From assembly GCA_018652685.1 (NCBI GenBank), contig JABIBQ010000028.1, forward strand, positions 34,648-98,647: a stretch of 64,000 nt of DNA, in the 5' to 3' direction. The notes below the pieces were generated by a model that ran no database searches, was not told where the DNA came from, and was given only the letters and a program-made list of their open reading frames with translations. The stretch is from Candidatus Bathyarchaeota archaeon (GTDB taxonomy: Archaea > Thermoproteota > Bathyarchaeia > TCS64). A program made the position numbers and the translations under genes. Positions 11,611 through 21,135 of the stretch are shown here, piece after piece. Position 1 is the first letter of the stretch; each line of letters starts with the position of its first letter.

Positions 11611-12756
11611 ATGCAATATCGTAAATTTGGGAAACTAGACTGGAAGGTCTCTGCACTGGGATTCGGGGCCATGAGGCTTCCAATCATTGACGGAGATTCC
11701 AAGAACATTGACCAGCCTGAGGCCATCAAGATGATCAGGCACAGTATTGACAACGGCGTCAACTACGTTGACACCGCGTACCCTTACCACGGGGGAGAAT
11801 CGGAGAAGGTCGTGGGCAAAGCCATGAAAGACGGTTACAGGGAGAAGGTGAGGCTGGCAACCAAGATGCCCAGCTGGCTCATAGAGAAATATGAGGACTT
11901 CGACCAGTACCTCAACGAGCAATTGGAGAAGCTGGATACCACTCATATTGATTACTACCTGCTGCATGGTCTCAATCCAAGTAGGTGGCCCCTGCTCAAA
12001 GAGTTGGGTGTATTCGAATGGGCAGAGAAGGCAAAGAAGGACGGCAGGATCAAGCACCTTGGATTCAGTTTCCACGCCGAGTACCCTGTTTTCGAGCTGA
12101 TAATGGAGGACTCCGAGCATTTCACGTTCTGTCAGATCCAGCTCAACTACATGGACACCGAATACCAGGCTGGAATCAAGGGATTGAAGCTGGCAGCAGA
12201 GAAAGGATTGGCAGTGGTAGTCATGGAGCCCATCAAGGGAGGCAAACTGAGTATCACCCCGCCACAGGATGTTATCGATGTTTGGGCAAAGAGCGAGGTC
12301 AAGAGGACTCCCGCTGACTGGGCTCTCCAGTGGGTTTGGAACCTGCCAGAGGTTAGCATCGTATTGAGTGGGATGTCCGAGATGAAACATGTCGAGGAGA
12401 ACCTAGTCTCAGCGTCAAACAGCGGGCCTGGGACTCTCAAGGCATACGAGTTAGCCTTGGTGCAGAACGCGAAGAAGGCTTACCTAGATCTTGGTTTCAT
12501 CGGATGTACGGCATGCAGATACTGTATGCCATGCCCGTCAGGGGTCGCTATCCCTGAGATACTGGGATTATACAACGAGTACTACCAGAGCGGACGTAGC
12601 GAGGAGTTCAAGAAAAAATACTGGGAGAAGATAACTCCAGAGACCCACGGCAGCAACTGTATCAGGTGTGCGGCTTGTGAGGAGCAGTGCCCACAAACAC
12701 TACCAATTATGAGTTTGATGAGCGAGACTGCGAGGGTTTTCAAGCAGCCAGAGTAG
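11611..12756 (+). CDS. Aldo/keto reductase with a C-terminal 4Fe-4S dicluster
   Basis: LGFGAMRLP, YVDTAYPYHGGESE, ATK, CTACRYCMPCP and CIRCAACEEQCP. Confidence 0.93.
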   Translation: MQYRKFGKLDWKVSALGFGAMRLPIIDGDSKNIDQPEAIKMIRHSIDNGVNYVDTAYPYHGGESEKVVGKAMKDGYREKVRLATKMPSWLIEKYEDFDQYLNEQLEKLDTTHIDYYLLHGLNPSRWPLLKELGVFEWAEKAKKDGRIKHLGFSFHAEYPVFELIMEDSEHFTFCQIQLNYMDTEYQAGIKGLKLAAEKGLAVVVMEPIKGGKLSITPPQDVIDVWAKSEVKRTPADWALQWVWNLPEVSIVLSGMSEMKHVEENLVSASNSGPGTLKAYELALVQNAKKAYLDLGFIGCTACRYCMPCPSGVAIPEILGLYNEYYQSGRSEEFKKKYWEKITPETHGSNCIRCAACEEQCPQTLPIMSLMSETARVFKQPE

Positions 12757-13077
12757 GGTGGGGCTTTTTGCCCATTTCTTTTTTCAATAATTCCCTAATC
12801 TCACACATTGTCGTGTACGTCTTTTGACTAAGAGCATTACTAACTGATACCAGTCAGCATCAAACACATATCCAAGAAAATGGGAGGAATGGCCATCATG
12901 GATAATAATATTGATTCCAATCGAGAATTATTTGGATTGTAAATCCCGGGAGAGCGAACATCTCCTTCCCCTTTTTAAGACGCTACTCGTGCCCCCGAGA
13001 ACAGGATGATAAAGTACTTTGATATAAAAGGCTTTGAGGAAGGGGAATAGGGGTCCCTATCATGGACTTCAAATCAA

Positions 13078-13566
13078 TTAGGCTATCTTCTTCGGGCGTC
13101 TCGTGAAAACACTTGTATCGTACTCGATGGGCTCCCCGACGCTCCACAGGAAGATGTGGGCGGTGCTGGAACCGACGCGCTTGAACCTAGATTTCAGACG
13201 ACCTATAACAACCTTGTAGTTGTTGCTCTTGTCCAGTCCATCCAGCCACTTTTGGAAGCTACCGTGATCCCTGATTATCCTATTGAACTCCTCTGCGTTC
13301 TCGATGGTGGCCATGATCTTCTGCCTGTTCCTGATGATTCCCGCGTCGTTCTTGAGGCGCGCCTGGTCCTCAAGCCCGTAGTATGCTACCTTGTCGATAT
13401 CAAAATTATCGAAAGCCGTCTCAAAGTTGGGCCACTTGTTGGCTATCATAACCCAGTTAAGCCCTCCCTGAAAGATGCACCTGGTCATGTTTGAAAAGTA
13501 CTCAACATCCGTTGACGGCCTCGTGTCCTTGTAAACCCACTTCGGCATGGGCATTCCCTGTGGCAT
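13078..13566 (-). CDS. tag: DNA-3-methyladenine glycosylase I family protein
   Basis: IFQGGLNW.MI..KW..F..AF..FD, IIRNRQKI.ATI.NA, FKRVG. Confidence 0.85.
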   Translation of the reverse strand: MPQGMPMPKWVYKDTRPSTDVEYFSNMTRCIFQGGLNWVMIANKWPNFETAFDNFDIDKVAYYGLEDQARLKNDAGIIRNRQKIMATIENAEEFNRIIRDHGSFQKWLDGLDKSNNYKVVIGRLKSRFKRVGSSTAHIFLWSVGEPIEYDTSVFTRRPKKIA

Positions 13567-13606
13567 GATAAAGCCATAATGTCGGGTGTTTTTGAAGGTT
13601 TCAGTG

Positions 13607-14626
13607 TCAGCGGTAGATGGCGATGAGGTCGCTGATGATGCCGTGGGCCGTCTCTACGCCCCCTGCGCCCCTTCCGATGACCGTTACCTCATGAAGCCCA
13701 TCGGTCGTGAATGTGAGGGCGTTCATTGTGTTGTTGACGTTGGCAAGAGGGTCCGTCAGAAGCATACTCTCAGGCGAGACCTTGGCCTTAACCGCGCCAT
13801 CCTCTAGATAAGCCCGTGCGATGAGCTTGATCTTCATTCCTTCCTTTTTCGCTTCCTCTACCATGACCGGGGTTATTCCGGTGATTCCCTCGCGCTCCAC
13901 ATCAGTGGGTTTCAGGTTTGCACCCATGAGGGTGTTCGCAAGTATGACCACCTTTCCCACTGCGTCCCATCCCTCAACATCCCCCGCTGGGTCAGCCTCG
14001 GCATATCCCAGCTCCTGGGCTTCCTTCAGTGTCGCGTCGTAATCGCCCCCTTCTCCCATCTTTGTCAAGATGAAGTTGGTGGTCCCGTTGATGATGCCCT
14101 TGAAGCCGAGGATCTTGTTACCTGCCAAAGCCTCCTTGCCCAGGTTCACAGCGGGAGTTCCTGCCATCACGGTGGACTCGATCCTGAACTTTGCTCCGTT
14201 CGCGTCCGCTAACTCCTTTAACTCGCTGTACGCGAGGGCGGCCGGTCCCTTGTTGCATGTGATAACATGCTTGCCGAGGCCCAGTGCCTCCCTGATGTGT
14301 GGTAGGCCGGCTCCCCCTGTCTCCAGGTTTGTCCCCGTGACCTCGATGACCACATCCGCTCCTGATTCCTTGATTGTCTGTATGCTATCAAGACCCTTGG
14401 TTCCTGTAGGATAAGACTCGACTGTCCCGTACTTATCAAATGATGTGAGAAGGCTCCCAAGGTCGATTCCTTCCTCCACCATGAGGCTGCCCTTGCTCCT
14501 TCCGCTAATAGCAACTAATTGGGCATCGAGCCCGTATTTTTCCTTGAGTTCCTGCTGTTTCTGGCTTAGGACCCGCGCAAAGCCCTGGCCAACGACACCG
14601 AATCCGATTAACGCGATTTTGGTCAT
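13607..14626 (-). CDS. hom: Homoserine dehydrogenase
   Basis: GFGVVG, HVITCNKGP, GIINGTTNFIL, AQELGYAEADP..DVEGWD, GRGAGG.ETA. Confidence 0.95.
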   Translation of the reverse strand: MTKIALIGFGVVGQGFARVLSQKQQELKEKYGLDAQLVAISGRSKGSLMVEEGIDLGSLLTSFDKYGTVESYPTGTKGLDSIQTIKESGADVVIEVTGTNLETGGAGLPHIREALGLGKHVITCNKGPAALAYSELKELADANGAKFRIESTVMAGTPAVNLGKEALAGNKILGFKGIINGTTNFILTKMGEGGDYDATLKEAQELGYAEADPAGDVEGWDAVGKVVILANTLMGANLKPTDVEREGITGITPVMVEEAKKEGMKIKLIARAYLEDGAVKAKVSPESMLLTDPLANVNNTMNALTFTTDGLHEVTVIGRGAGGVETAHGIISDLIAIYR

Positions 14627-14704
14627 GGGGTAGGGTACGTACTACGTGTTAATAATGTGTTATCATCCATTTTTCGGGTTGACGGGTTTATAAGAAATAG
14701 AAGT

Positions 14705-14790
14705 GGGGGGGGGTGAGCCGCTCCGATTAGGGACGTCTCGCATGCGATGACGTCATACCTCTTAGGAACAGCTTTGGTCCTCTAATCTGA
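14705..14790 (-). ncRNA. Candidate structured non-coding RNA of unknown family
   Basis: Terminal stem GATTAG/CTAATC, inner hairpin GACGTC-A-TCG-CATG-CGA-GACGTC, TATA-like CTTTATATC about 20-25 nt upstream on the minus strand, no credible ORF. Confidence 0.4.
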
Positions 14791-14877
14791 TGTTCAGAAA
14801 CCACGATATAAAGTTCACAGACCAGTGATACTTATTTCCCGAAGGGTTTATGGGGGTCATCAATCCCAGCCTCATGT

Positions 14878-15552
14878 ATGCGGGGTTCCCTTGTCCAATA
14901 CATCCGTGAGCATAGGGACCTGCTGACCTATGTCCTCCTCGCCGAGCTCAGCCTAATCGTCATGTCCCTTGTGGTATTGACAGCCCAACCAACTTACCCT
15001 ACCATGAATTTCATCATGAGGGCATGTTTCGCTTTGATATGCGCCTTTGGTATCATCACGGGACTTTTTCCTGCGGTCCTTTCCTTCTCCAAGGCGGAGA
15101 GGAGGGATGGGGAAGGCGTTTCGGGGCACCACCCAGATTGCGGGAGGTTCAACGGTCACACAGTCAACCTACTGGGGCAACGGAGATGCGCCGGTTGTAC
15201 AGGCCTGGTGATTGGTGCTGTTGCCTCGATGATGGGTCTTGGGCTAGGACTTCTTGGCCTGAACATCGATACCGCGTTCTGGTGTGGCGTCCTCCTGGTT
15301 GGGGCGGGTCTTGCCCAGCACTTTATTGACTTGGGAAATGAATGGGTCCACCTGTCACTGAACACTCTGTTCGTTGTTGGAGCATGGATCATGTTTGAGT
15401 CAATACAGGCACTCGGGCTGGGTGTTAAAGTTCAGGTATACTTCCTATCAATGACTGTTTTCTGGATATGGGCAAGGATCAGGGCCAGTCAGTGGGTCCA
15501 TGTAGGGGTATGCTCAAGGTGCCCCCAGGCATGCGTCCACTTTTTTGAGTAA
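14878..15552 (+). CDS. Multi-pass membrane protein with Cys/His motifs (DUF2085-like)
   Basis: Several hydrophobic helices; HHPDC..F..H...CAGCTG and C-terminal H..VC..C...C. Confidence 0.7.
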   Translation: MRGSLVQYIREHRDLLTYVLLAELSLIVMSLVVLTAQPTYPTMNFIMRACFALICAFGIITGLFPAVLSFSKAERRDGEGVSGHHPDCGRFNGHTVNLLGQRRCAGCTGLVIGAVASMMGLGLGLLGLNIDTAFWCGVLLVGAGLAQHFIDLGNEWVHLSLNTLFVVGAWIMFESIQALGLGVKVQVYFLSMTVFWIWARIRASQWVHVGVCSRCPQACVHFFE

Positions 15553-15586
15553 ACTTTGAATAACTCTTCCCGGTCTCCTATACTGA

Positions 15587-15901
15587 TTGATTTTGGTGTA
15601 TTGCACAAAGTGTGGAACCGAGAACGAGGAAGAGACATCAGAGTGCTCCAGCTGCGGGGCCCCAATGAACGTCTCCCACTCAAGGTACAGGAGGAGGGAT
15701 TGGGACATGGATGACAACTGCTTCGGAGGGCAAGACAGAACAACTTGGCCTATAATCTTCGGCGGCTTCCTGATACTCCTGGGGCTCTCGACCTTGCTGG
15801 ATGATGTGTTCGGTTGGTTCAGATTCGATACCCTGTGGCCCGTGTTCATTATAGGAATCGGGCTTCTCATTGTATCAAACGCCATGAAAAAGCGGCGTTA
15901 A
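15587..15901 (+). CDS. Zinc-ribbon protein with LiaF/DUF5668-like transmembrane segment
   Basis: YCTKCG.EN......CSSCGAPM, then IFGGFLILLG...LWPVFIIGIGLLIV. Confidence 0.8.
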   Translation: MILVYCTKCGTENEEETSECSSCGAPMNVSHSRYRRRDWDMDDNCFGGQDRTTWPIIFGGFLILLGLSTLLDDVFGWFRFDTLWPVFIIGIGLLIVSNAMKKRR

Positions 15902-15903
15902 CC

Positions 15904-16629
15904 CTATTTTCTTTGAGCCATCTGCCTGACGCGCTCGTAGAGCACTACGGCAGCCGCTACGCTCACGTTAAGTGACTCCAGTTTACCCATCATGGGGATG
16001 TGAACTGTCTTGTCGCACTTGCTCATTAACGTGGGGTTGACCCCCTTGCTCTCGCCGCCAAGCACGAATGCCACGGCTCCTGTCAAGTCCTCGTCATAGT
16101 AGGGTTTCTGGCCCGATGCATCGATGGCTATGAGCCTAACTCCGTCGTCCTTCAGCATCTTGATTGCGGGGTAGAGGTTTGTCTGCCACACAGGCACGTG
16201 TAGACTCCCGCCCATGGATACCCTGTGGACCGTCTCGCTGAGCTTGGCTGACCCCCTCTTTGGGATGGCTATGCCGTCGATTCCCGCGCCCTCGCTTGTC
16301 CTGATGATGGCTCCCAGGTTATGGGGGTCCTGCACCTCGTCAAGTATCATCACGCACAGGTCCCTGCCCGTCTCCTGGAGTACTTTGCCGAGACTCCACT
16401 GGGCGTCCGTCTGGGCGTACCCTATGATGCCCTGATACCTGCCCGTAACGCTGAGTCTTTCCATCTGCCTCTTCTTTACCATCTGGACGGGGATGCCGGT
16501 CTTCCGCGCAATATCCAGTATGACTTTGATCTTTACTTCCGTTTCGCTACCCCTCTCTACCTTGAGCAGGGTTACCGTGCCCTGTTTCATAGCCTCGTGA
16601 ACGGGGTTTCTTCCTTCTAACTGGATCAT
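15904..16629 (-). CDS. rlmB: SPOUT 2'-O-methyltransferase, 23S rRNA Gm2251 (RlmB) type
   Basis: EGRNPV.EA, LDEVQDPHNLGAIIRT, VLGGE..GV, IPMMGKLESLNVSVAAAV.LYE. Confidence 0.85.
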   Translation of the reverse strand: MIQLEGRNPVHEAMKQGTVTLLKVERGSETEVKIKVILDIARKTGIPVQMVKKRQMERLSVTGRYQGIIGYAQTDAQWSLGKVLQETGRDLCVMILDEVQDPHNLGAIIRTSEGAGIDGIAIPKRGSAKLSETVHRVSMGGSLHVPVWQTNLYPAIKMLKDDGVRLIAIDASGQKPYYDEDLTGAVAFVLGGESKGVNPTLMSKCDKTVHIPMMGKLESLNVSVAAAVVLYERVRQMAQRK

Positions 16630-16690
16630 TGCGTATTACCTGCGTTGAATATCAGGTGCTCTTTCTAAAACCTTCTCTATTTTCCCTGAT

Positions 16691-16858
16691 TCAGGCTTCC
16701 CGGTTGTTCCTGCTCCACTGGCCCAGCAGGAGACCCACCACCGCCCCCAATGCCAAGGACAGACCGAAATACCTCTGGACGTAGGTCCCAATTATCCCTC
16801 CTAAAATAACCCCGAAGATCATCCCTGATATGGGGTTGAAGCGTGTCAGGATGCCCAT
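16691..16858 (-). CDS. Small glycine-zipper membrane protein (55 aa, below the ORF-track cutoff)
   Basis: Manual translation MGILTRFNPISGMIFGVILGGIIGTYVQRYFGLSLALGAVVGLLLGQWSRNNREA*; two TM helices with GxxxG repeats. Confidence 0.6.
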   Translation of the reverse strand: MGILTRFNPISGMIFGVILGGIIGTYVQRYFGLSLALGAVVGLLLGQWSRNNREA

Positions 16859-16934
16859 CAGGTACTACTCCCATCCTCGGTTGATATGCTTTCCACTTGA
16901 GTTAACCATTTAAGCCGCACCACCGAATCGTCTA

Positions 16935-17279
16935 GTGGTCACATTGTCAGAGGGATCATTGAAGAACATGGGCGATCTTCTCAGGAAGGGAGCCACGATG
17001 CTCAGCGAGAGCTGCCCCGATTGCAACACCCCACTATTCAAACTCAAGGACGGTAGCCTACTCTGCCCAATGTGCAACAAGCCCGTGGTCAAAGTTTCAG
17101 CCGATGCCGATGTTGGTGGCATGGCCCAGCAGGGAAGCATCGACCAGACCCTTCTCATCAAGGTAAAGGAGATACAGGGCAAGCTAGAGGCCGAGACCGA
17201 TCCCGAGAAGATCAACGCGCTACTGGAGACATTGATGAAGCTCCTGGACGCCCGTGAGCGAGTTCGCAAGCTCGCCTAG
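16935..17279 (+). CDS. UPF0148 / Sjogren's-scleroderma autoantigen 1 family zinc-ribbon protein
   Basis: MGDLLRKGATMLSESCPDCNTPLF......CPMC. Confidence 0.88.
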   Translation: MVTLSEGSLKNMGDLLRKGATMLSESCPDCNTPLFKLKDGSLLCPMCNKPVVKVSADADVGGMAQQGSIDQTLLIKVKEIQGKLEAETDPEKINALLETLMKLLDARERVRKLA

Positions 17280-18127
17280 AACAGTGTTATAATTAACACG
17301 GCGGCCACGATAGTCACACAGCCGATTATCATCTGAGGAGTGATCTTCTCAGAGTCTTTCAGCAGGATAACGCTCAGGATAAGCCCGAACAACGGGTTGG
17401 CTCCGATTATCGCAGAGACCACGCCCACGGGTCCCTGCTGGGTGGCCATGAACATGCTGATCCATGCCACGCTGGTTGTTATTCCCCCACTTATTAGGAA
17501 TGGGACCGCTTCCCTTGTAAACTTGAACTCGTTTGCCCTGCCCATGAGCCTCATCAGTATCGGGTAGGCGATCAAACCAGTCATTGCACCTACCACTGCC
17601 CCTAAGACTGACTCCGGTAGGATATTCAGTCCAACCTTCCTGACCGCGCTACTGGCCGCGTAGAAAAACGCGGAGACGAGGGGTATCAACATGTCCCTGA
17701 TGTTCAGGTTGCTGCTCTTTCCCCCTCCGCTTATCAGTGCTACCCCCGCCACCACTAGGATAGACCCAGAGATAGTCGAGAGGGTCACGGCTTCTCCGAG
17801 GAATACCACACCCAATATCATAGCCCAAAGTGGGTTTGTGCCCACGAGGCTTGTGCTGACCGGTACGCCGAGCTTCTCAATACTCATGTAGTTGAATGTC
17901 CTGCCTATGATCGCCGCGAAGAAGCCCGCGGCAATGAAGTACATCACAGCTTCCAAATTGAAGGCGGGTCGATCAAAAACCAGAAGGGTGCTGAGGATCA
18001 GGGTTTGTACCGCTGCGACTGATACAGTAGCGGTGGCAGGCGTCGTGTGTTTCAAAGCCTTCTTAACGAGAACGGCGTTGAGCCCAAAACTGAGTGCCGC
18101 AATCAACCCATAGACCTCGTATCCCAT
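17276..18127 (-). CDS. EamA/DMT family transporter
   Basis: About 10 TM helices in two EamA repeats; NPLWA.ILG..FLGE. Confidence 0.9.
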   Translation of the reverse strand: MGYEVYGLIAALSFGLNAVLVKKALKHTTPATATVSVAAVQTLILSTLLVFDRPAFNLEAVMYFIAAGFFAAIIGRTFNYMSIEKLGVPVSTSLVGTNPLWAMILGVVFLGEAVTLSTISGSILVVAGVALISGGGKSSNLNIRDMLIPLVSAFFYAASSAVRKVGLNILPESVLGAVVGAMTGLIAYPILMRLMGRANEFKFTREAVPFLISGGITTSVAWISMFMATQQGPVGVVSAIIGANPLFGLILSVILLKDSEKITPQMIIGCVTIVAAVLIITLF

Positions 18128-18177
18128 AGTTATCGTCGTAGGGAATGGTTCCCCCGATTTAAATCAATGTAAAATAG

Positions 18178-19029
18178 CTAAAATACGGTGATCAGGAGCA
18201 CGCCGAGGAATATAGTGATGCAACCCGCCACAACCCTGCGCGTGATCCTCTCCGTGTCCTTGAGAAGTAACGCGGTTAAGACCAGACCAAAGAGGGGCGC
18301 TGCTCCGATTAAACCGGTAACCACGGCGATCGACCCTGACTGGAACGCAGTGTACATAGAAAGCATGGCTACGCTGACCACCACGCCCCCTCCGACAAAG
18401 AACTTTAACCCGTTTGTTCTCGGGTTGAATTCCCTTAGCCTTCCCCTAGATGCAAGGTAAAGGGGGAACACTATGATACTTGTTATGGAGCCTATCACCG
18501 CGCCAAATCCCGCGTTTGGTGTGATTGACATCCCAATTTTCCGCACCATGTTAGCCGATGCGTAGCCGAACGCCGCCAGTATGGGGAGGATTATATCGGT
18601 CTTTTTGACTCCCTCCTCAAGCTCAAGCCCGCTCATGACGAGAACACCTAGGACGATCAGCACGACCCCTGCCAGCGTTGAGGGCACCATTGGCTCCCCC
18701 AGAATCACGATGGCCAGTACGTTGCTGAACAGCGGGTCGGTGCCGCTCAGGCTCGTGGCCACATTGACGCCCACTCTGTCGATGGCGATGTAGTTGAGTG
18801 CCCTGGCGATGGTAGAGGCGAAGATACCCGCGAGCACAAAATACCATACAGCCTGCCAGTCCCAGATAATGGGTAACCTCAATGCGAGGACCGCGAGTAT
18901 GGGGGTCTGGACGAGGGATACGATGATGGCCGCGGTGACTGGGGTTGAATCCTTGAGCCCCTTGCGGATCAGGATGGCGTTCAGCCCGAAACAAAACGAT
19001 GTGAGAAGGGCGTAGAACTCCACCTGCAA
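18178..19029 (-). CDS. EamA/DMT family transporter (tandem paralog)
   Basis: Same 283-aa length and shared motifs (SFcfGLNA.L..K.LK..TP.TA, PLFGL.L...LLKD.E.IT) with the neighbour. Confidence 0.9.
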   Translation of the reverse strand: MQVEFYALLTSFCFGLNAILIRKGLKDSTPVTAAIIVSLVQTPILAVLALRLPIIWDWQAVWYFVLAGIFASTIARALNYIAIDRVGVNVATSLSGTDPLFSNVLAIVILGEPMVPSTLAGVVLIVLGVLVMSGLELEEGVKKTDIILPILAAFGYASANMVRKIGMSITPNAGFGAVIGSITSIIVFPLYLASRGRLREFNPRTNGLKFFVGGGVVVSVAMLSMYTAFQSGSIAVVTGLIGAAPLFGLVLTALLLKDTERITRRVVAGCITIFLGVLLITVF

Positions 19030-19082
19030 CGTAATCCCGGAATTGTCCCTCCTCGGGGATTTAAATCAATGTTAAAACGGGG

Positions 19083-20087
19083 TTACCAGCCGGTTGGGCC
19101 GTCCACCTTGAGCAGCGTATACAGGTTGTCCCCAGGGAACACAAGTCGCGCGGGGTACATCGTGTGGACAACACCGTCGATGGGCGATTTGACTTCCGAG
19201 ATGAGACTGCCGTCGATGTCAGTTATCCTGCCGATAACCTGCTCCTCCTTGAGTATATCGCCGTAGTCAGCCAGGGCGGTGAACACTCCTGCCTCGGGGG
19301 CTGGTACGCCGCACCACTCCATGTCAAGGTAGTTCTGCTTCGCCGGCATGACCGGATCTCCGTGCATCATGCCGAAGTGCTTCAGCAGGTTTATGGTCCC
19401 TCTGATGTGGTCCTCCACGAACTCTTCAAGGGGCTGGGTCCTGTAGCCCAGGCCGGACTCGCTTATGATGCTTGCAACGCCGCTGGTGCAAAGGGTGTGA
19501 ATCATCGTCCCCGGACTGGTGTGGCCTATCTCGGGCGTCCCCGGTAGGACGTACTCCAGCCCAAACGCCTTCGCCATTGTAGCGGTTGTCTTGTCAACCT
19601 TTTCACCAACTCTGAGCTGGATGGTGTGGACCAGGTGGCTCTCGGGGAAGTCTCCTCCCCTGAAATCGACGTGGTAGTCGGCCTTGCTGAGTATCTTGTA
19701 GTTGGCGTGGGCTATCCGCTCTGTAAGCTTTCCCTCGGGGTTCCCGGGGAAAACGTTGTTGATGCCGACGCCGTCGAATGGGCTGCTGCCCGTGCTCCTG
19801 AGGTTCAGCCACTTAAGCTTGAACTGGAACGCTGGCATGTTCATGACGGGTATGGTTATGAATCGCCCCCTGAGCTTTTCTGGGTCGATGAGCTGGTACA
19901 GCCGGGAGGCCGATTCCACGCCGCAGTACTCGGTGGGGTATAAACCGCCTGTCACCGCAAGTGTGGGGCCCTCCTCAACACCATTTACTACTCCCACCGG
20001 AACCTTTGCGTCCACGAGTAGGTTGTTAACGACGGGAACGTATCCGAACTCTTTCGTACCCTTTGGTACCTTGTATGGATCAAACAT
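19083..20087 (-). CDS. Succinylglutamate desuccinylase/aspartoacylase (M14 AstE/AspA) family protein, Zn ligands altered
   Basis: GPTLAVTGGLYPTEY, FPGNPEG..TERIA and a C-terminal barrel-sandwich domain. Confidence 0.85.
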   Translation of the reverse strand: MFDPYKVPKGTKEFGYVPVVNNLLVDAKVPVGVVNGVEEGPTLAVTGGLYPTEYCGVESASRLYQLIDPEKLRGRFITIPVMNMPAFQFKLKWLNLRSTGSSPFDGVGINNVFPGNPEGKLTERIAHANYKILSKADYHVDFRGGDFPESHLVHTIQLRVGEKVDKTTATMAKAFGLEYVLPGTPEIGHTSPGTMIHTLCTSGVASIISESGLGYRTQPLEEFVEDHIRGTINLLKHFGMMHGDPVMPAKQNYLDMEWCGVPAPEAGVFTALADYGDILKEEQVIGRITDIDGSLISEVKSPIDGVVHTMYPARLVFPGDNLYTLLKVDGPTGW

Positions 20088-21065
20088 CTAGACGATCTCC
20101 TTGATGTCCTTACCTATCTCGTAGACGACGTCCCCCTCCCAGATCGAGGGGCTTGTCACCATGTGAATGACCCCGTCCGTCGGTACCTTGATCTCCTCAA
20201 GGGTCTCGCCGAACAGGTCCTTGATGATGCCCAGGACTTGGCCCTCCTTGACCAGATCGCCCGCCCTGACGTTACTGATAAAGAAGCCTCCATGCTCCGC
20301 GTATAGGTGGTATGGCTGGTAGGTATAGGCTTTCGGCGGGATAACCGGCTCGCCCTCCACCATGCCCAGCTTTTTCATGACGTTTACACAGCCCCTGATG
20401 ACCTCTTCAACGATATCGCTCTGGCATCTGCCCATGCCGCCGGCCTCAGTGCCCACAGAGAGGGGAAACTTCATTGGGTTACTTGATGGCCTTGGCCTGC
20501 TCTCCCTGATCCACTCCCAGCCGAAGGCCCGACAAAGGGAGAGGTTGAACCTGTCCTTTTCTGCATCCCCTGACTGCCTGTACATGGTGCCTGTCATGAG
20601 GTCTTCCTCGATGTCGCCGCCGTGGAGGTTGATCCTGTAGTCTGCCTGTTTGAGTACCTCCCTGTAGAACGTGGATGTCAGGTAGTAAGTGACCTTAGGG
20701 TGACCTGATCCTCCTCTGGGCACCTCCTCGACGTAGTGGCCTGTGAGGTCCCTGTAGTCGATAGGGTTCCCGTGCATCCACTTGCTCTCGAACGCAAGGG
20801 TGTTGACCATGGGGACGATGATGACCTTTCCGCTGATATCCTCGGGCCGCAGCTTCTTCATCAGCGCGATCGCGCCTGCGGGGCCGTTGTACTCTGAGCC
20901 GTGCTCCCCTCCGTTGATGACTAGGGTCGGGCCGTCCCTCTTTCCGTTGATGAGGGTGATGGGGATCTCATGTTTTCCCGACGGTCTGTCCATGATATGG
21001 AGGTAGCCGTGGACCTTTGTGCCCCTGGGAGCCTCTAATTTCTGAACCTTGAGTGTGTCTGGCAT
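20088..21065 (-). CDS. AstE/AspA (M14) family deacylase
   Basis: GPTLVINGGEHGSEY, INLHGGD, TEAGG. Start moved to MPDTLK (21065) to avoid overlap with the divergent SDR. Confidence 0.85.
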   Translation of the reverse strand: MPDTLKVQKLEAPRGTKVHGYLHIMDRPSGKHEIPITLINGKRDGPTLVINGGEHGSEYNGPAGAIALMKKLRPEDISGKVIIVPMVNTLAFESKWMHGNPIDYRDLTGHYVEEVPRGGSGHPKVTYYLTSTFYREVLKQADYRINLHGGDIEEDLMTGTMYRQSGDAEKDRFNLSLCRAFGWEWIRESRPRPSSNPMKFPLSVGTEAGGMGRCQSDIVEEVIRGCVNVMKKLGMVEGEPVIPPKAYTYQPYHLYAEHGGFFISNVRAGDLVKEGQVLGIIKDLFGETLEEIKVPTDGVIHMVTSPSIWEGDVVYEIGKDIKEIV

Positions 21066-21135
21066 TATGGTAACCTGAATTTTGATGGGCGTACCCTTGA
21101 TATCTCTTTTATGTCTGACTGCGTTCTTGGGGAGC

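Noticed and set aside
16677-16874. 65-aa minus-strand ORF from the track
   Set aside because: The alternative frame 16691-16858 gives a more plausible membrane protein.
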